Source: a virus
Strand: one strand, 5' to 3'
Length of the DNA stretch: 59,551 nucleotides
Virus record (IMG/VR): IMGVR_UViG_3300031991_000010
Span: 1 to 59,551 of that record
A model generated the notes under the pieces. It made no database searches. It saw nothing but the letters and a program-made list of their open reading frames with translations, and had not been told where the DNA came from. Made by a program: the position numbers and the translations under genes. Of this stretch, positions 1 through 8,914 are shown piece after piece; the stretch's first letter is position 1, and every line of letters starts with the position of its first letter.

Positions 1-55
1 TGGCGGGGCCCAAAGTGTTGTCCATCCACCAAATGATCTCCTCGCCTTCTTGGCG
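1..55. repeat. Terminal direct repeat, copy 1 (identical to 59497..59551)
   Basis: The string tggcggggcccaaagtgttgtccatccaccaaatgatctcctcgccttcttggcg occurs at both ends of the window. This is a circular-assembly overlap or a short terminal redundancy. Confidence 0.95.
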
Positions 56-127
56 TGCGTCGATCATAATGGTTTCTTCGGCGGCCATGCACTTGCATTT
101 GTAGGTAATGGCGATCTGCATCGTCAC
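1..127 (-). CDS. Hypothetical small protein, 5' part of a junction-spanning gene (continues from 59496 down to stop at 59384)
   Basis: GTG at 127 (GTGA overlap with the upstream stop; GGAGG 8 nt upstream) or ATG at 121. It reads (VT)MQIAITYKCKCMAAEETIMIDARQEGEEIIWWMDNTLGPA... and continues in frame at the right end of the window. Joined length is 79 aa. Confidence 0.6.
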   Translation of the reverse strand, partial: MTMQIAITYKCKCMAAEETIMIDARQEGEEIIWWMDNTLGPA

Positions 128-375
128 TTCACATACCTCCGTTCAAGTTCGGCCATGCCGTCGAGCACCTTGCGGATCGTCGCCATCGGCACATCGCAGG
201 CGTCGTTGATCAGGAGAATGATGGCGCGGTCGGTCAGCCGTGTGCGTCGCAGCGCTTCCACGCCGCGTGAAATCTCGACGATGCTCGCGGCCAGCACAGC
301 GGCCGTCGTGTCGTCAGGAATGACGTCGATGACAGCGCGCTTTTTGGCGGGGGTTTTCTTGGCTGCTTTGCGCAT
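124..375 (-). CDS. Hypothetical protein (83 aa)
   Basis: ORF 124..414. The internal ATG at 375 overlaps the upstream stop (TAATG), so the shorter start is preferred. Lys-rich N-terminus. Confidence 0.6.
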   Translation of the reverse strand: MRKAAKKTPAKKRAVIDVIPDDTTAAVLAASIVEISRGVEALRRTRLTDRAIILLINDACDVPMATIRKVLDGMAELERRYVK

Positions 376-641
376 TAGTGTGGCTCCGATTTTTTCAAGT
401 GCGCCGTGATCCACTCCTGAACTTCTTTAGCGACGCGCAGATACGCTTCGCTCGGCGTCTTCGTGATCTCTTGCCCCGGCACATAGGTGCGCCACACCTT
501 GTCGCGGATTTGTTTGGGGAGTGTGAACCAATGCGCTTTGCATCCCCACATCGCCGCCGGCACTTCCTTCGTGCATCCCGGCCAATGGCATGTGTGTCCG
601 CCGCCTTTCGGTTGAGTCAGGACATAATCGACTTTGCTCAT
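375..641 (-). CDS. Hypothetical Cys/His-rich (zinc-binding-like) protein
   Basis: 88-aa ORF with HTCHWPGC...WGCKAHW. Confidence 0.65.
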   Translation of the reverse strand: MSKVDYVLTQPKGGGHTCHWPGCTKEVPAAMWGCKAHWFTLPKQIRDKVWRTYVPGQEITKTPSEAYLRVAKEVQEWITAHLKKSEPH

Positions 642-820
642 CAGAAAATTGCCTCACCTAAATTGAGGCGAATTACTTCTTCACCTTCATTGCAGGTTGA
701 CTCGACGTGCGCCTCTTGCACTTGAAACATATGATCGTCGTCATCGACGTCGCCATGCACAAGCACGTCGAGATCGAGCGGCAATGCAGAGAGCATCGCA
801 ATAAGTTCAGAGTTTTTCAT
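641..820 (-). CDS. Hypothetical acidic protein (59 aa)
   Basis: Internal ATG at 820 overlaps the stop of the upstream ORF by 1 nt (TGATG). MKNSELIAMLSALPLDLDVLVHGDVDDDDH... Confidence 0.55.
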   Translation of the reverse strand: MKNSELIAMLSALPLDLDVLVHGDVDDDDHMFQVQEAHVESTCNEGEEVIRLNLGEAIF

Positions 821-1356
821 CACCCCACCTTCTTCGGCCAGGCCGACATACGGTCGGCGATTGAAAGAGCGTCGTCGACCTTCAGTTCCGGTTGCACGGC
901 GACATTCTCGCGCACCCAAAATCGCACCGCGCCCTCGGCGGTCGGGTCCGAACCGATCAGCACGAAGAACGGCATGCCGGCCGTGATCTTCGACAGACAT
1001 CCATTTTCAAGCTCATTGGCAAGCTCAGTGAGACCAGCGGCGCGAAGCTCACGGGCGGCGCGCTGTCGCGCCATGGCCGCCAGTTCCGCAGGCGGTATAG
1101 GTATCGGCATCGCGCATATCGTCTCGATGGCGCAGCGCATGGCCTCGGCATCGCAACCGCCGATCTCACTGGCGTAAGCCTGCGCCGCCATCGTGACCGC
1201 ATCGTTGATGTGCTTACGCGCATCGAGCATTACGAATGCCGCCTTCAGCGCGAGCTTCATGGCGGCGATATTGCACGGTCGATCCGTTATCAGGGCGTAA
1301 TATTGTCCTACCCTTCTCGTCATTTCCTCGGTGACGCGCTCTTCAGTGTTTGGCAT
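820..1356 (-). CDS. Hypothetical protein (178 aa)
   Basis: Long ORF packed directly after the primase gene. No family recognised. Confidence 0.7.
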   Translation of the reverse strand: MPNTEERVTEEMTRRVGQYYALITDRPCNIAAMKLALKAAFVMLDARKHINDAVTMAAQAYASEIGGCDAEAMRCAIETICAMPIPIPPAELAAMARQRAARELRAAGLTELANELENGCLSKITAGMPFFVLIGSDPTAEGAVRFWVRENVAVQPELKVDDALSIADRMSAWPKKVG

Positions 1357-1359
1357 GAC

Positions 1360-3765
1360 CTACTCCACTACCTCGTAAAAGATCGGCGCGCGCCCGCCGT
1401 TCGCCGGCAAATCGCCAAGCACCTGGCGCACCTGATTTGCTTCGATAAGGCCGTCGAGCATCATCTTCACGTCGCGTGTTTTCATCCGGTGCTGGAGCTT
1501 GCGTAGCAAATCGCTATAGCTAAGTCTACCGGCCTCTTTGATAAATCGAACGGTCCTTTGCGCCTCCGATTGATGTTCGTTGTCGGCCATCCATTCCTTG
1601 ACCTCGATCATCATGCGCTCGCTCGACCACAGCGCCAGTTCACACCCCCACTCGATATCGCTGACGCCGATGCGCGGCTGCACGGGATCGATGCCGATGG
1701 CGCGGATGCTCGCCATGCGCACGGCCATTTCCACGGTGCGCGCGAAGAAGTCTATATCAGCCTCGCGTTCGTTCTCGATGTAGCGGCCAAACTGTTTGTA
1801 AACCGTCTCGGCCTCGATGTTGCGCCACATGACCACCGTCTCGGGCGGATCGACGCCGTTGACGTGCATGGTCGCCGCGCGAAGCTGATTGCCGCCCAAG
1901 GCGATGGCCTTGAGATCGGCGGCGATCACGTCGGGCACCCCGGGCTCGACCTTGGGATCGCGCTCTTCCGGCCGCAGGCGGGTGCTCATCAGCGTGAAGC
2001 GGTTGAGAAACCCGTTGGAGACATCGCCGCCGCGCAAAGCGTCATAGAACTCCTGCGGCGTCGAGATTCCATAGATCGAGAGCGACGGCGCGTGAATCGG
2101 CTCGGCGCTCCGGCTCGCCCACTCCGGCGGCACGACAGTTTGAAAGCTCGCGCCCCACAGCGAGCGCAGCATGCCGCTGATTGCGGCCTCGTGCGGCGCC
2201 GCGCGCCGGCTGTTGATGCGCCCGAGGAAGCTGCCGAACTCGTCAATGCCCGACAGGGTGTTCGGCTCCCGTGACATGCGGTTGATCACCGCCGAGAGCG
2301 ACATGAACTGCGACGGCCCCAAAGTCTGCGGCGCGCCGGCCGCTTTCAGAAGGTGCGGGATCATCCGCAGGGCGTGGTCTTTCCCCGCCGAGGTGCGGGC
2401 CAGGCCGAGCACATAGAGGTGTGTCCCTGACCGCGTGGGGCCGGCGTAGCGGCGTCCGGCGGCCGTGCCGAGCACGGTGAGCGCGGCGCCGAGCGCCAGG
2501 CCGGGTTGTGGCCGGCGGGCGGTGTCGCAAATCCACGAGGTGACCGCGCCGAGGAGGCCCGGCGTGCGCAGGAGGGCCGCCGGTATCTCGGCCTCGGCGC
2601 GGTAGGCATGCACAGGGGGTTTCGTGGGAACCGCACGAGCGGCCGGCGCAAGCTCAGGAATGACGACGTTAGGAGCGGTCTGGCGCGCCACCTGACCCGA
2701 CAGGTCTGCGGTGGTGATCGTCGGCCGCTCCAGCCCGAGCCGCTGACGCAGCCACGCCGTCGCCAACACCTCATCGAGCCGCAGGGCTTCCATGACCAAA
2801 TCGATGGGCGAATAGCCCCTGCTGTCGCCGAAGTCGGTGATGCCGTTCGGCTGGATCGAAAGGTTGCGCTTCCGGTCAGCAATGGGCCGCCCGGTGCCGC
2901 CTGGCCGCCAGTGCGCGGTGGCGTGGTAGCCGTCCCGCGCCCGCTCGAAATTCACGAGGCCGAGGTGCGGAACCCACGCGTCCAGATTCGCCATCGCCGC
3001 GACCTTGGCCTGCGTGAAGTAATCGCTGTCGGACGTCGATGTTTCACGTGAAACGCTGGCGTCGGGCTTGCGGCTGGCCTTGTGGCCGCCCCACCCCCGC
3101 ATGCGCAAAAGCTCTTCCACGGTTTCGAGCGCATCCGACGACAGGAGCGGAAGGCGGGTGACGTGCACAAGCCCGGCCTCATCGATCCATTCATAGGGGC
3201 GCTTAGTCTCGGGGTGAATGCTCGGCGGCGCGATCGTCTGGCGGTGGTAGGCCAGAAGGTCGATGATCCGCTTGCCCTTCACGATCTCGTACATGGCGTT
3301 ACCCATGGCGAGATCGGCGAGATAGAAGTTGGTCTGCCCTTTGCGTCCACGCTTCTTGTTCGGCGTCCACGGCAAATGCCGCAAAATCTCGTCGGCCAGG
3401 TCGATATCCGGCGTGTCGATATCGAAAGCGATCAGCTTGTAGACTTCATCGTCGGCCGCCGCTTTGACCTTCGTGCCGAGGGCGATGCCGACGTTGGCGC
3501 TCGGCCAGTTGCGGCCCCATAGCTCATATTCAAATTGCGATGGGTGGCGCTCGCAATACTTGTCCCACTCCTTCGCCGGCCACCACCGGCCCCGTGAGAA
3601 CTCGCCCGGCGCTTTGCCGTGCGCGTTGTTCACAGGCTCCCACTTGGCCGATGCGCCGTCATCGAACTCGGCCGGCAAGATCGGAAGGATCGAGAACCCA
3701 AGCTCGATGAGCCTGGCCGATCCTTCCGCCAGCGGCGACAGGGCTTTTGTTGATACGAACGCCAC
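1360..3765 (-). CDS. Bifunctional primase-polymerase (Prim-Pol) fused to a DUF3987-like helicase/NTPase domain
   Basis: 801-aa ORF. N-terminal Prim-Pol-like motifs ANVGIALGT...LIAFDIDTPD. C-terminal DUF3987-like segment GAALTVLGTAAGRRY...HLYVLGLARTSAGKDHA...LSGIDEFGSF. Confidence 0.85.
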   Translation of the reverse strand: MAFVSTKALSPLAEGSARLIELGFSILPILPAEFDDGASAKWEPVNNAHGKAPGEFSRGRWWPAKEWDKYCERHPSQFEYELWGRNWPSANVGIALGTKVKAAADDEVYKLIAFDIDTPDIDLADEILRHLPWTPNKKRGRKGQTNFYLADLAMGNAMYEIVKGKRIIDLLAYHRQTIAPPSIHPETKRPYEWIDEAGLVHVTRLPLLSSDALETVEELLRMRGWGGHKASRKPDASVSRETSTSDSDYFTQAKVAAMANLDAWVPHLGLVNFERARDGYHATAHWRPGGTGRPIADRKRNLSIQPNGITDFGDSRGYSPIDLVMEALRLDEVLATAWLRQRLGLERPTITTADLSGQVARQTAPNVVIPELAPAARAVPTKPPVHAYRAEAEIPAALLRTPGLLGAVTSWICDTARRPQPGLALGAALTVLGTAAGRRYAGPTRSGTHLYVLGLARTSAGKDHALRMIPHLLKAAGAPQTLGPSQFMSLSAVINRMSREPNTLSGIDEFGSFLGRINSRRAAPHEAAISGMLRSLWGASFQTVVPPEWASRSAEPIHAPSLSIYGISTPQEFYDALRGGDVSNGFLNRFTLMSTRLRPEERDPKVEPGVPDVIAADLKAIALGGNQLRAATMHVNGVDPPETVVMWRNIEAETVYKQFGRYIENEREADIDFFARTVEMAVRMASIRAIGIDPVQPRIGVSDIEWGCELALWSSERMMIEVKEWMADNEHQSEAQRTVRFIKEAGRLSYSDLLRKLQHRMKTRDVKMMLDGLIEANQVRQVLGDLPANGGRAPIFYEVVE
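1502..1517. promoter_or_regulatory. 16-nt motif CGTAGCAAATCGCTAT (copy inside the 3' end of the primase gene)
   Basis: Identical to 12885..12900 and near-identical to 8120..8135. Contains TAGC-N5-GCTA dyad symmetry. Confidence 0.5.
3041..3054. repeat. Perfect 14-bp palindrome GTTTCACGTGAAAC (copy 1)
   Basis: Exact palindrome inside the primase gene, where it encodes VSRET. Confidence 0.9.
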
Positions 3766-3789
3766 GCTGTGCCCCGCCGTGCTCGACGG

Positions 3790-3993
3790 CTACTTGCCGT
3801 CGTCGATCAGATTGACCTTCAAGTCACGAAGTTCGCGCATGATTGTCAACACACGTTTCGAGTCCCACGCCGGTACGTGGATCGGCCCCTCGGAGGATCG
3901 CGCAAGCTGATCCTTCATTTCGTGATAGATGCGGTCATCGGTGATGCGGTTCGCACCCTCGAATGCGCCGGCTGCGGGGGTCTCGTTGCTCAT
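3790..3993 (-). CDS. Hypothetical protein (67 aa)
   Basis: ORF with ATGA-type coupling to the upstream gene. Confidence 0.55.
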   Translation of the reverse strand: MSNETPAAGAFEGANRITDDRIYHEMKDQLARSSEGPIHVPAWDSKRVLTIMRELRDLKVNLIDDGK

Positions 3994-4259
3994 CCCGGCA
4001 CCTGATCGGTGATGATGTTGCCGTTGCTTTCCAGTCGGCGGATGAAGCCCGAAAGCGCATCATGCGTGGCGAAGTGCATTGCATGCACAATCACCGTCGT
4101 GTTGAAGCGGTGGAACTCTTCCTTGGTGAGCTTGGTGAGATCGAACTTGCCGATCTTGTCGAGGTACGCGCCGCCAGCCTTGCCGCCGGCTGTGATCGCC
4201 TCCGGCGATATCTCGATGCTGACGCGCAACCGTTCGGGTGTTTCTTGTCCGTCTGCCAT
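3990..4259 (-). CDS. Hypothetical protein (89 aa)
   Basis: The ATG at 4259 is preceded by TAGGAGAA and a 5-nt spacer. The longer ORF-track start overlaps the upstream gene. Confidence 0.6.
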   Translation of the reverse strand: MADGQETPERLRVSIEISPEAITAGGKAGGAYLDKIGKFDLTKLTKEEFHRFNTTVIVHAMHFATHDALSGFIRRLESNGNIITDQVPG

Positions 4260-4269
4260 GTTCATTCTC

Positions 4270-4656
4270 CTAGATGATCTTGCCGCTAACGCTGTCGCCC
4301 GCCTCGCGTTTGATCTCGAACTCTTCCATGAGCGCATCGAGATCGATGGGCGGGTTCGTGCTGAATGGGTTGAAAACCCAAACCTTGTATTCCTCCACCA
4401 AGTCCATGTTCTCGGCGGTGCCCTTCCCGATCATCCCGTAGTTCGTGAGGATGAACGCGCCAAGCTCGCGCCCGGCGTCGATGCGGATTTCCGCGATCTT
4501 GTTCTCGCGCGCCACGTGGCCGAGGAGCCGCACGTTGCCGGGGATCGTCACTTTCGTGCCGACATCTGAGAGCGCATAGAGAAAATCTTCGATGATGCCG
4601 TGATAGCGCACAAGCTCGGCTTTCAGCGCGGTGTTTTCGTTTTCCGGTGCGATCAT
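4270..4656 (-). CDS. Hypothetical protein (128 aa)
   Basis: The ATG at 4656 overlaps the upstream stop (ATGA). Confidence 0.65.
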   Translation of the reverse strand: MIAPENENTALKAELVRYHGIIEDFLYALSDVGTKVTIPGNVRLLGHVARENKIAEIRIDAGRELGAFILTNYGMIGKGTAENMDLVEEYKVWVFNPFSTNPPIDLDALMEEFEIKREAGDSVSGKII

Positions 4657-4835
4657 ATGAACCCCTTGTCTTCGGCGAGCCAAACCGGAATGGTTAGCTC
4701 CTCACCTTCCAACGTCACTTGGGATTTCGGAACCCACACCGCGTTGTCTTCCTCGCCGTCGTCGCTCACGAGATAAGCAAGCTCGGTTTGGTGGTGAAGG
4801 TGAACGTCGACTGTGATTGTGTCGTTGCGGCTCAT
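4653..4835 (-). CDS. Small protein with a VWVPKSQV...IPVWLAEDKGFI motif (paralogous to 8203..8532)
   Basis: 60 aa. The ATG at 4835 overlaps the helicase stop (ATGA). Shares the W(L/V)P.K.V...(I/M)P.WLAE..GF motif with the second copy. Confidence 0.65.
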   Translation of the reverse strand: MSRNDTITVDVHLHHQTELAYLVSDDGEEDNAVWVPKSQVTLEGEELTIPVWLAEDKGFI

Positions 4836-7654
4836 GCAAACCCCCTGATCTTCTTGATGAATTCTTCCGGCCAGCGCCGGCCGGCGATGCGCCAGAACTT
4901 GCCTTGCGGCTCGACGAAAATCTCGCTCGGCGCAGTCAGTTCGCCGACGCGGCGCAGACCGTCCGTCACGGTGTCGGGCGCCGGTATCTGGCCGCCGTGC
5001 ATCTTCCACCACTCAACGGCGCGCCGCCTGGCGGGGCCGTCATGCTCAAAACAAATCCACTCGCGGTGTTGCGAAAGGCCAGCATAGTAGGTCACGCACA
5101 TACTGTTGGGCGCGCCGATCTTCTCGTGACGCACCATGTTCCAATGATCGACGCGCACGCCTTGGTTGGTGACTTCCGTGCTGATCACGGCCACGTTCTC
5201 ATCGGGCTCGGCCGCGTGCTTCTCCTTGACCGGATACTCATAGCCGCAGTCGACGCATTCGAGCGCGCGCAGATCGTTGAGTGCGTCGCAGTTGGGGCAA
5301 AGCTTCGCCTGCACGCTGTTGACCGCGACCTTGCCGTCGCCCTCGCCTTTCGGCTTCTTGTCGCGCCCTTCCACCATGTCGACAGGGCCGTGACGCATCA
5401 CGTTGCCGGCGAAGTCGAGCACGAGACAGTTCGCCTTCGCGCCAGCCGCAATGGATGCCCTGCGCTCTTCGCGCGTGGCGTCGTTCGGCTCGAACCCCGG
5501 TTCATAGATCGGCCGGGTGCCGCGCCCGATCATCTGCGTATAGAGGCCGCCTGAGAGCGTCGGGCGCAGGAAGCCGATCAGATCGACGCCAGGCGCATCG
5601 AAGCCCGTCGTGTTTCCGACAACCGCAACCTTGCCGCCGCGTCGCGTAATGATGTTGCCCGTCACCGATGTGACGCACCACACACGTTCAATTCTGAAGT
5701 CAGTTTCAATGGAAAGTCGATCAACCGTAAGCTCCACGCTCTCACGCTTCCGCCAACTTAACTTCCACTGATCGGAGTGCTCTGGATTGCGATTGGCGAG
5801 CGGACTTTTCGTAAATCTGTAACCACGACATGCGCCCACAGCTTGAAGGAGATCATAGAGATCACTTTGCGCTCCAGCGACGTTTATGCCGCGAGAATTT
5901 GGCGTTTCACCGTCTCCGTGGTTTCCGTCCGCCATCCAAAATCCTTCAAGCAGGGCGGCGAATTGTTCCTCGTTTAGCGCCCAAAATTCAGGCACACCTT
6001 TCTTATCAAGATACGCCTCAAGTGGGAAATAGCCGCTCTCTCGTGCTTGGTCTGACCCGCCAGTTCCGCGAGCAATAGACCACCGAGCGACGCCGTTTCG
6101 TTCTGCGCGCGAATGTGCGAGATTGAGCCTCGCAAGCACGCCATCAAACCATTCAATGATTTTCGGATAAACGCATGATTGCGAGAACTCACAACGCGGC
6201 GATAGCGTGCCGTCGCCAAGCCAAAAACCAATGAACCTACACTCATCCAAGGAGAGGAGTTTAGGGCTTTTAGTCTCCATGCGGGCGCGACGGTTAACGT
6301 GCAGCTCAGCCGCCACCTTCGCGGCATCGACCGTCATGCCACGTTTTCGGTAAACGTAAGAAAGCGACCGGACGCGCGCGCGAACCGTAGTCGCGTCAGG
6401 CGCCTCGCCTGGTGCAAAGCTGATATCGAGCGGAGCCGCCACACCGGACACAGGTATATGAACCCGCTCATAAGCAACGTCTTCTGCGGCCTCAATGCGC
6501 CACGCTGTATGCTGTTCACGGACCACCATTCGGTGGTTACCTGTAACACGAATATTGTTGCGGGCGCTGTCGACGCTCACCATTTTTTCGTGCGCCTGGC
6601 GAGAACGTCGAACGATGTTTTGGGGCGGCGCGAAGACGACACTGCCGTCAAAGTCCCACGACGCTACCTGATGATCATAGGTCATGTCGTCAATCGACGT
6701 CCAACCGGACGACGTAAGAATTTCAGTTTTGTGATCCAAACAGAGCACGTTGGCGTTCGTCAGGCACCGGATGCGCCGCCCCTTGAACGCATTAATGATC
6801 TGTTTGCGCTCGGCCTTCGGCGTGTCGCCGGTAATTGTCTGCGTCTCGATCCCGAGTCCGCGCATGGCCTCGGCCACGGCATAGGCGTGGTTCACGCCAG
6901 AACAGAACATCAGCCACGAGTTGCGATCCCCGCCCCGCTGAAGCGTTGCCTCGCAGGCGGCGGCGATGAGATCGTCGTGCATGGCGGCTTTCTCAAGCCC
7001 GCCGGCAACGAACTCGCCGCCCCGCTTGGCGACACCCTGCACATCGATCTCGACGCCACTGCGTCGCGCTGTGATCGGCGCAAGCCATCCGTCTTCGATG
7101 CCCTCGCGGATGCCATAGTTGAACACGATCTCATCGAACAGCGCGCCGTTCCGGCCGACGATGTTGCCGCTGTCGAGCCGGAACGGCGTCGCCGTCAGCC
7201 CGAGCACCCGCATGTCCGGCGTGATCTTCCGCTGATCCTCAAAGAACTGAAGATACATGCCTTCGCCCTCGGCGGGCACGAGGTGCGCCTCATCGACGAC
7301 GATCAGATCGAACGCGCCGACTTCCCGCGTGCGCTTGTAGATCGACTGAATGTTCGCGCAGATCACCCGCTGATGGGTGTCCTTCCGGCCAAGGCCGGCG
7401 GAGTAGATGCCAATGCTGGCGCCCGCCCACAGGCCGCGCAGCGTGTTGTAGTTCTGTTCGACAAGCTCCTGCACGTGCACAAGCATGGCGATTCGCATGT
7501 GCGGAAACCGCTCGATGATCCTGCGCACCTTCTCCGCGAAGATCACCGACTTGCCGAGGCCGGTCGCCATGACGACAAGGGGATTGCCCCCGCCGCCACG
7601 CCAATAGGCGTCGATGCTGTCGAGACACGCGGATTGATAGGGGCGCAGTTTCAT
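4832..7654 (-). CDS. SF2 (DEAD/DEAH-like) DNA helicase, intein-containing precursor
   Basis: 940-aa ORF. Motif I ATGLGKS, II VVDEAH, III LTATP, V NANVL|TTGFDAPGVD (split by the intein), VI QMIGRGTR. C-terminal zinc ribbon CPNC...CVDC. Confidence 0.9.
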   Translation of the reverse strand: MKLRPYQSACLDSIDAYWRGGGGNPLVVMATGLGKSVIFAEKVRRIIERFPHMRIAMLVHVQELVEQNYNTLRGLWAGASIGIYSAGLGRKDTHQRVICANIQSIYKRTREVGAFDLIVVDEAHLVPAEGEGMYLQFFEDQRKITPDMRVLGLTATPFRLDSGNIVGRNGALFDEIVFNYGIREGIEDGWLAPITARRSGVEIDVQGVAKRGGEFVAGGLEKAAMHDDLIAAACEATLQRGGDRNSWLMFCSGVNHAYAVAEAMRGLGIETQTITGDTPKAERKQIINAFKGRRIRCLTNANVLCLDHKTEILTSSGWTSIDDMTYDHQVASWDFDGSVVFAPPQNIVRRSRQAHEKMVSVDSARNNIRVTGNHRMVVREQHTAWRIEAAEDVAYERVHIPVSGVAAPLDISFAPGEAPDATTVRARVRSLSYVYRKRGMTVDAAKVAAELHVNRRARMETKSPKLLSLDECRFIGFWLGDGTLSPRCEFSQSCVYPKIIEWFDGVLARLNLAHSRAERNGVARWSIARGTGGSDQARESGYFPLEAYLDKKGVPEFWALNEEQFAALLEGFWMADGNHGDGETPNSRGINVAGAQSDLYDLLQAVGACRGYRFTKSPLANRNPEHSDQWKLSWRKRESVELTVDRLSIETDFRIERVWCVTSVTGNIITRRGGKVAVVGNTTGFDAPGVDLIGFLRPTLSGGLYTQMIGRGTRPIYEPGFEPNDATREERRASIAAGAKANCLVLDFAGNVMRHGPVDMVEGRDKKPKGEGDGKVAVNSVQAKLCPNCDALNDLRALECVDCGYEYPVKEKHAAEPDENVAVISTEVTNQGVRVDHWNMVRHEKIGAPNSMCVTYYAGLSQHREWICFEHDGPARRRAVEWWKMHGGQIPAPDTVTDGLRRVGELTAPSEIFVEPQGKFWRIAGRRWPEEFIKKIRGFA
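5612..6742 (-). mobile_element. Intein (377 aa) with LAGLIDADG homing endonuclease, inserted in helicase motif V
   Basis: Starts CLDHKTEIL (block A, Cys1). Block B is IRVTGNHRMVV. LAGLIDADG motifs are FIGFWLGDGTL and LLEGFWMADGN. Ends VAVVGN followed by Thr+1. Removing it restores NANVL-TTGFDAPGVD. The region looks clearly lower in G+C than its flanks. Confidence 0.88.
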
Positions 7655-7665
7655 CGAGCGGGGCG

Positions 7666-8094
7666 CTACTTCAAGCCGCCGAGAACGTCGCCAGCAAGGA
7701 TGCGAATGCCTTCGTGCGCCAATCGCTCAAGATCGGCGTCCGTCTGACCTTCTGCGCGCGTGATCTCCGCAACTATCAGGTATGCGGTGATCAGTCCGAG
7801 GAGCGCGATGGCGGGGGATTTATTGCATAGTTGCGCGGCCCTTGTGGCGTATGCGGCAATGTCTGCGCCAAGTACGGTTGCATCAATCTTGGCGATGATC
7901 GCATCATTGTCACCGAAGCTGACTTGCGTATGCACGATGCCGCAGATCGCGCACTTCTTGTTCTCCTTCGGCGGATCGCCAGCAACGCCAGCAACCTCGA
8001 TGTTCTCACTCACGCCGCCAAGCATGGCGAGAACGGAGTCACGCACTTCCTGCGGCGCGCCCTCTAGGCCGTGAACAATGATCTTTGGTTTCAT
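7666..8094 (-). CDS. Hypothetical protein (142 aa)
   Basis: The ATG at 8094 is preceded by GGGAGA. The longer ORF-track start lacks an RBS. Confidence 0.65.
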   Translation of the reverse strand: MKPKIIVHGLEGAPQEVRDSVLAMLGGVSENIEVAGVAGDPPKENKKCAICGIVHTQVSFGDNDAIIAKIDATVLGADIAAYATRAAQLCNKSPAIALLGLITAYLIVAEITRAEGQTDADLERLAHEGIRILAGDVLGGLK

Positions 8095-8119
8095 GTGAGT
8101 CTCCCTGTGACGTTTGAGG

Positions 8120-8135
8120 CGTAGCAAAATGCTAC
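8120..8135. promoter_or_regulatory. Variant of the 16-nt motif (CGTAGCAAAATGCTAC), intergenic
   Basis: Dyad GTAGCA-N3-TGCTAC. On the minus strand it reads ...TTGCGC-N16/17-GCTACG about 25 nt upstream of the 7666..8094 RBS. Confidence 0.5.
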
Positions 8136-8138
8136 GGA

Positions 8139-8339
8139 TCAGCGCAAGTCCTTTTTTGCCTTGGCGATGCGCGAGTCGTGCTCGGTCAGCATAGGCGAAT
8201 AATCAATGTCCTTCTTCTTGGTCTTGCGGCCTGGCGACTTCACCGCCGTCTGATGCAAGATCACCTCGCGGCACCGATCCCCCACTTCCGCCCCGCACGT
8301 GGGGCATTTGACTCCACGCGCCGCCATAGTCTCGCTCAT
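8139..8339 (-). CDS. Small zinc-ribbon-like protein (66 aa)
   Basis: CPTCGAEVGDRC motif and a basic C-terminus. Protein-like composition. Confidence 0.6.
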   Translation of the reverse strand: MSETMAARGVKCPTCGAEVGDRCREVILHQTAVKSPGRKTKKKDIDYSPMLTEHDSRIAKAKKDLR

Positions 8340-8532
8340 AAAGCTCGAACCCCTCTTCTTCCGCGAGCCATCGCGGCATCTGCATCGACTGATCGTCGGG
8401 ATAGTAAATGACCCACTTCGCCGGCAACCAAAGCTGACGCAAGCCGTCGAGCGTGCGGATCAGCACCGAGCGGCCGAGGTTGACGCGCAACACCGTCATG
8501 CGCACCTCGACCGTATCCCATTTGCTAGGCAT
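8203..8532 (-). CDS. Small protein, second copy of the WLAE..GF motif family, with a long out-of-family tail overlapping 8139..8339
   Basis: MPSKWDTVEV...LWLPAKWVIYYPDDQSMQMPRWLAEEEGFELYE, followed by a Gly/Ser-rich tail of 44 aa that overlaps the next ORF by 137 nt. Confidence 0.55.
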   Translation of the reverse strand: MPSKWDTVEVRMTVLRVNLGRSVLIRTLDGLRQLWLPAKWVIYYPDDQSMQMPRWLAEEEGFELYERDYGGAWSQMPHVRGGSGGSVPRGDLASDGGEVARPQDQEEGH

Positions 8533-8914
8533 CGCCTCCCACTTTCAAGCCGGTGTCGGCCCCGCCACGCGTCGCGGCGAGCAAGGCAATCTGCACCGCG
8601 CCGCCGCTGATTTTCAACTTCTGCGCGACCACCTCAACGCTGTACCGCTTGTAGAGCTTAACAATCTCCTCCTGATGCACGCGCGCGTTATAGTCGTCGA
8701 CTTGTTGCTCCGTGTGTGGCCGACACCGCACGTCGCCTTTGCCCTTGTTCCACCGCTCGGTGATCAGATAGCGCACGCGCGGCTCGCCAATGCCGGCCCA
8801 CCTGGCGATGGCGTGCGTCGGCGTGCCTTCAAAATAGGCGTTGAAGATGCGCTCATTGCGCGCTGCGCGCTGTGCCTTCAACGCCAAGCTGACCCCCTTA
8901 CCAGACTTAGACAC
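8525..8914 (-). CDS. DNA-binding protein with two HTH-like segments (129 aa)
   Basis: GTG at 8914 preceded by AAGGAGG and a 6-nt spacer. HTH-like stretches THAIARWAGIGEPRVRYLI and VEVVAQKLKISGGAVQIAL. Confidence 0.6.
   Translation of the reverse strand: MSKSGKGVSLALKAQRAARNERIFNAYFEGTPTHAIARWAGIGEPRVRYLITERWNKGKGDVRCRPHTEQQVDDYNARVHQEEIVKLYKRYSVEVVAQKLKISGGAVQIALLAATRGGADTGLKVGGDA

Noticed and set aside
3041-3054. Reading the GTTTCACGTGAAAC palindrome as a known LexA (GTTC-N7-GTTC), CtrA (TTAA-N7-TTAA), DnaA or Fnr/Crp-type box
   Set aside because: The spacing and half-sites do not fit any of these consensus sequences. It is left as an unassigned motif.
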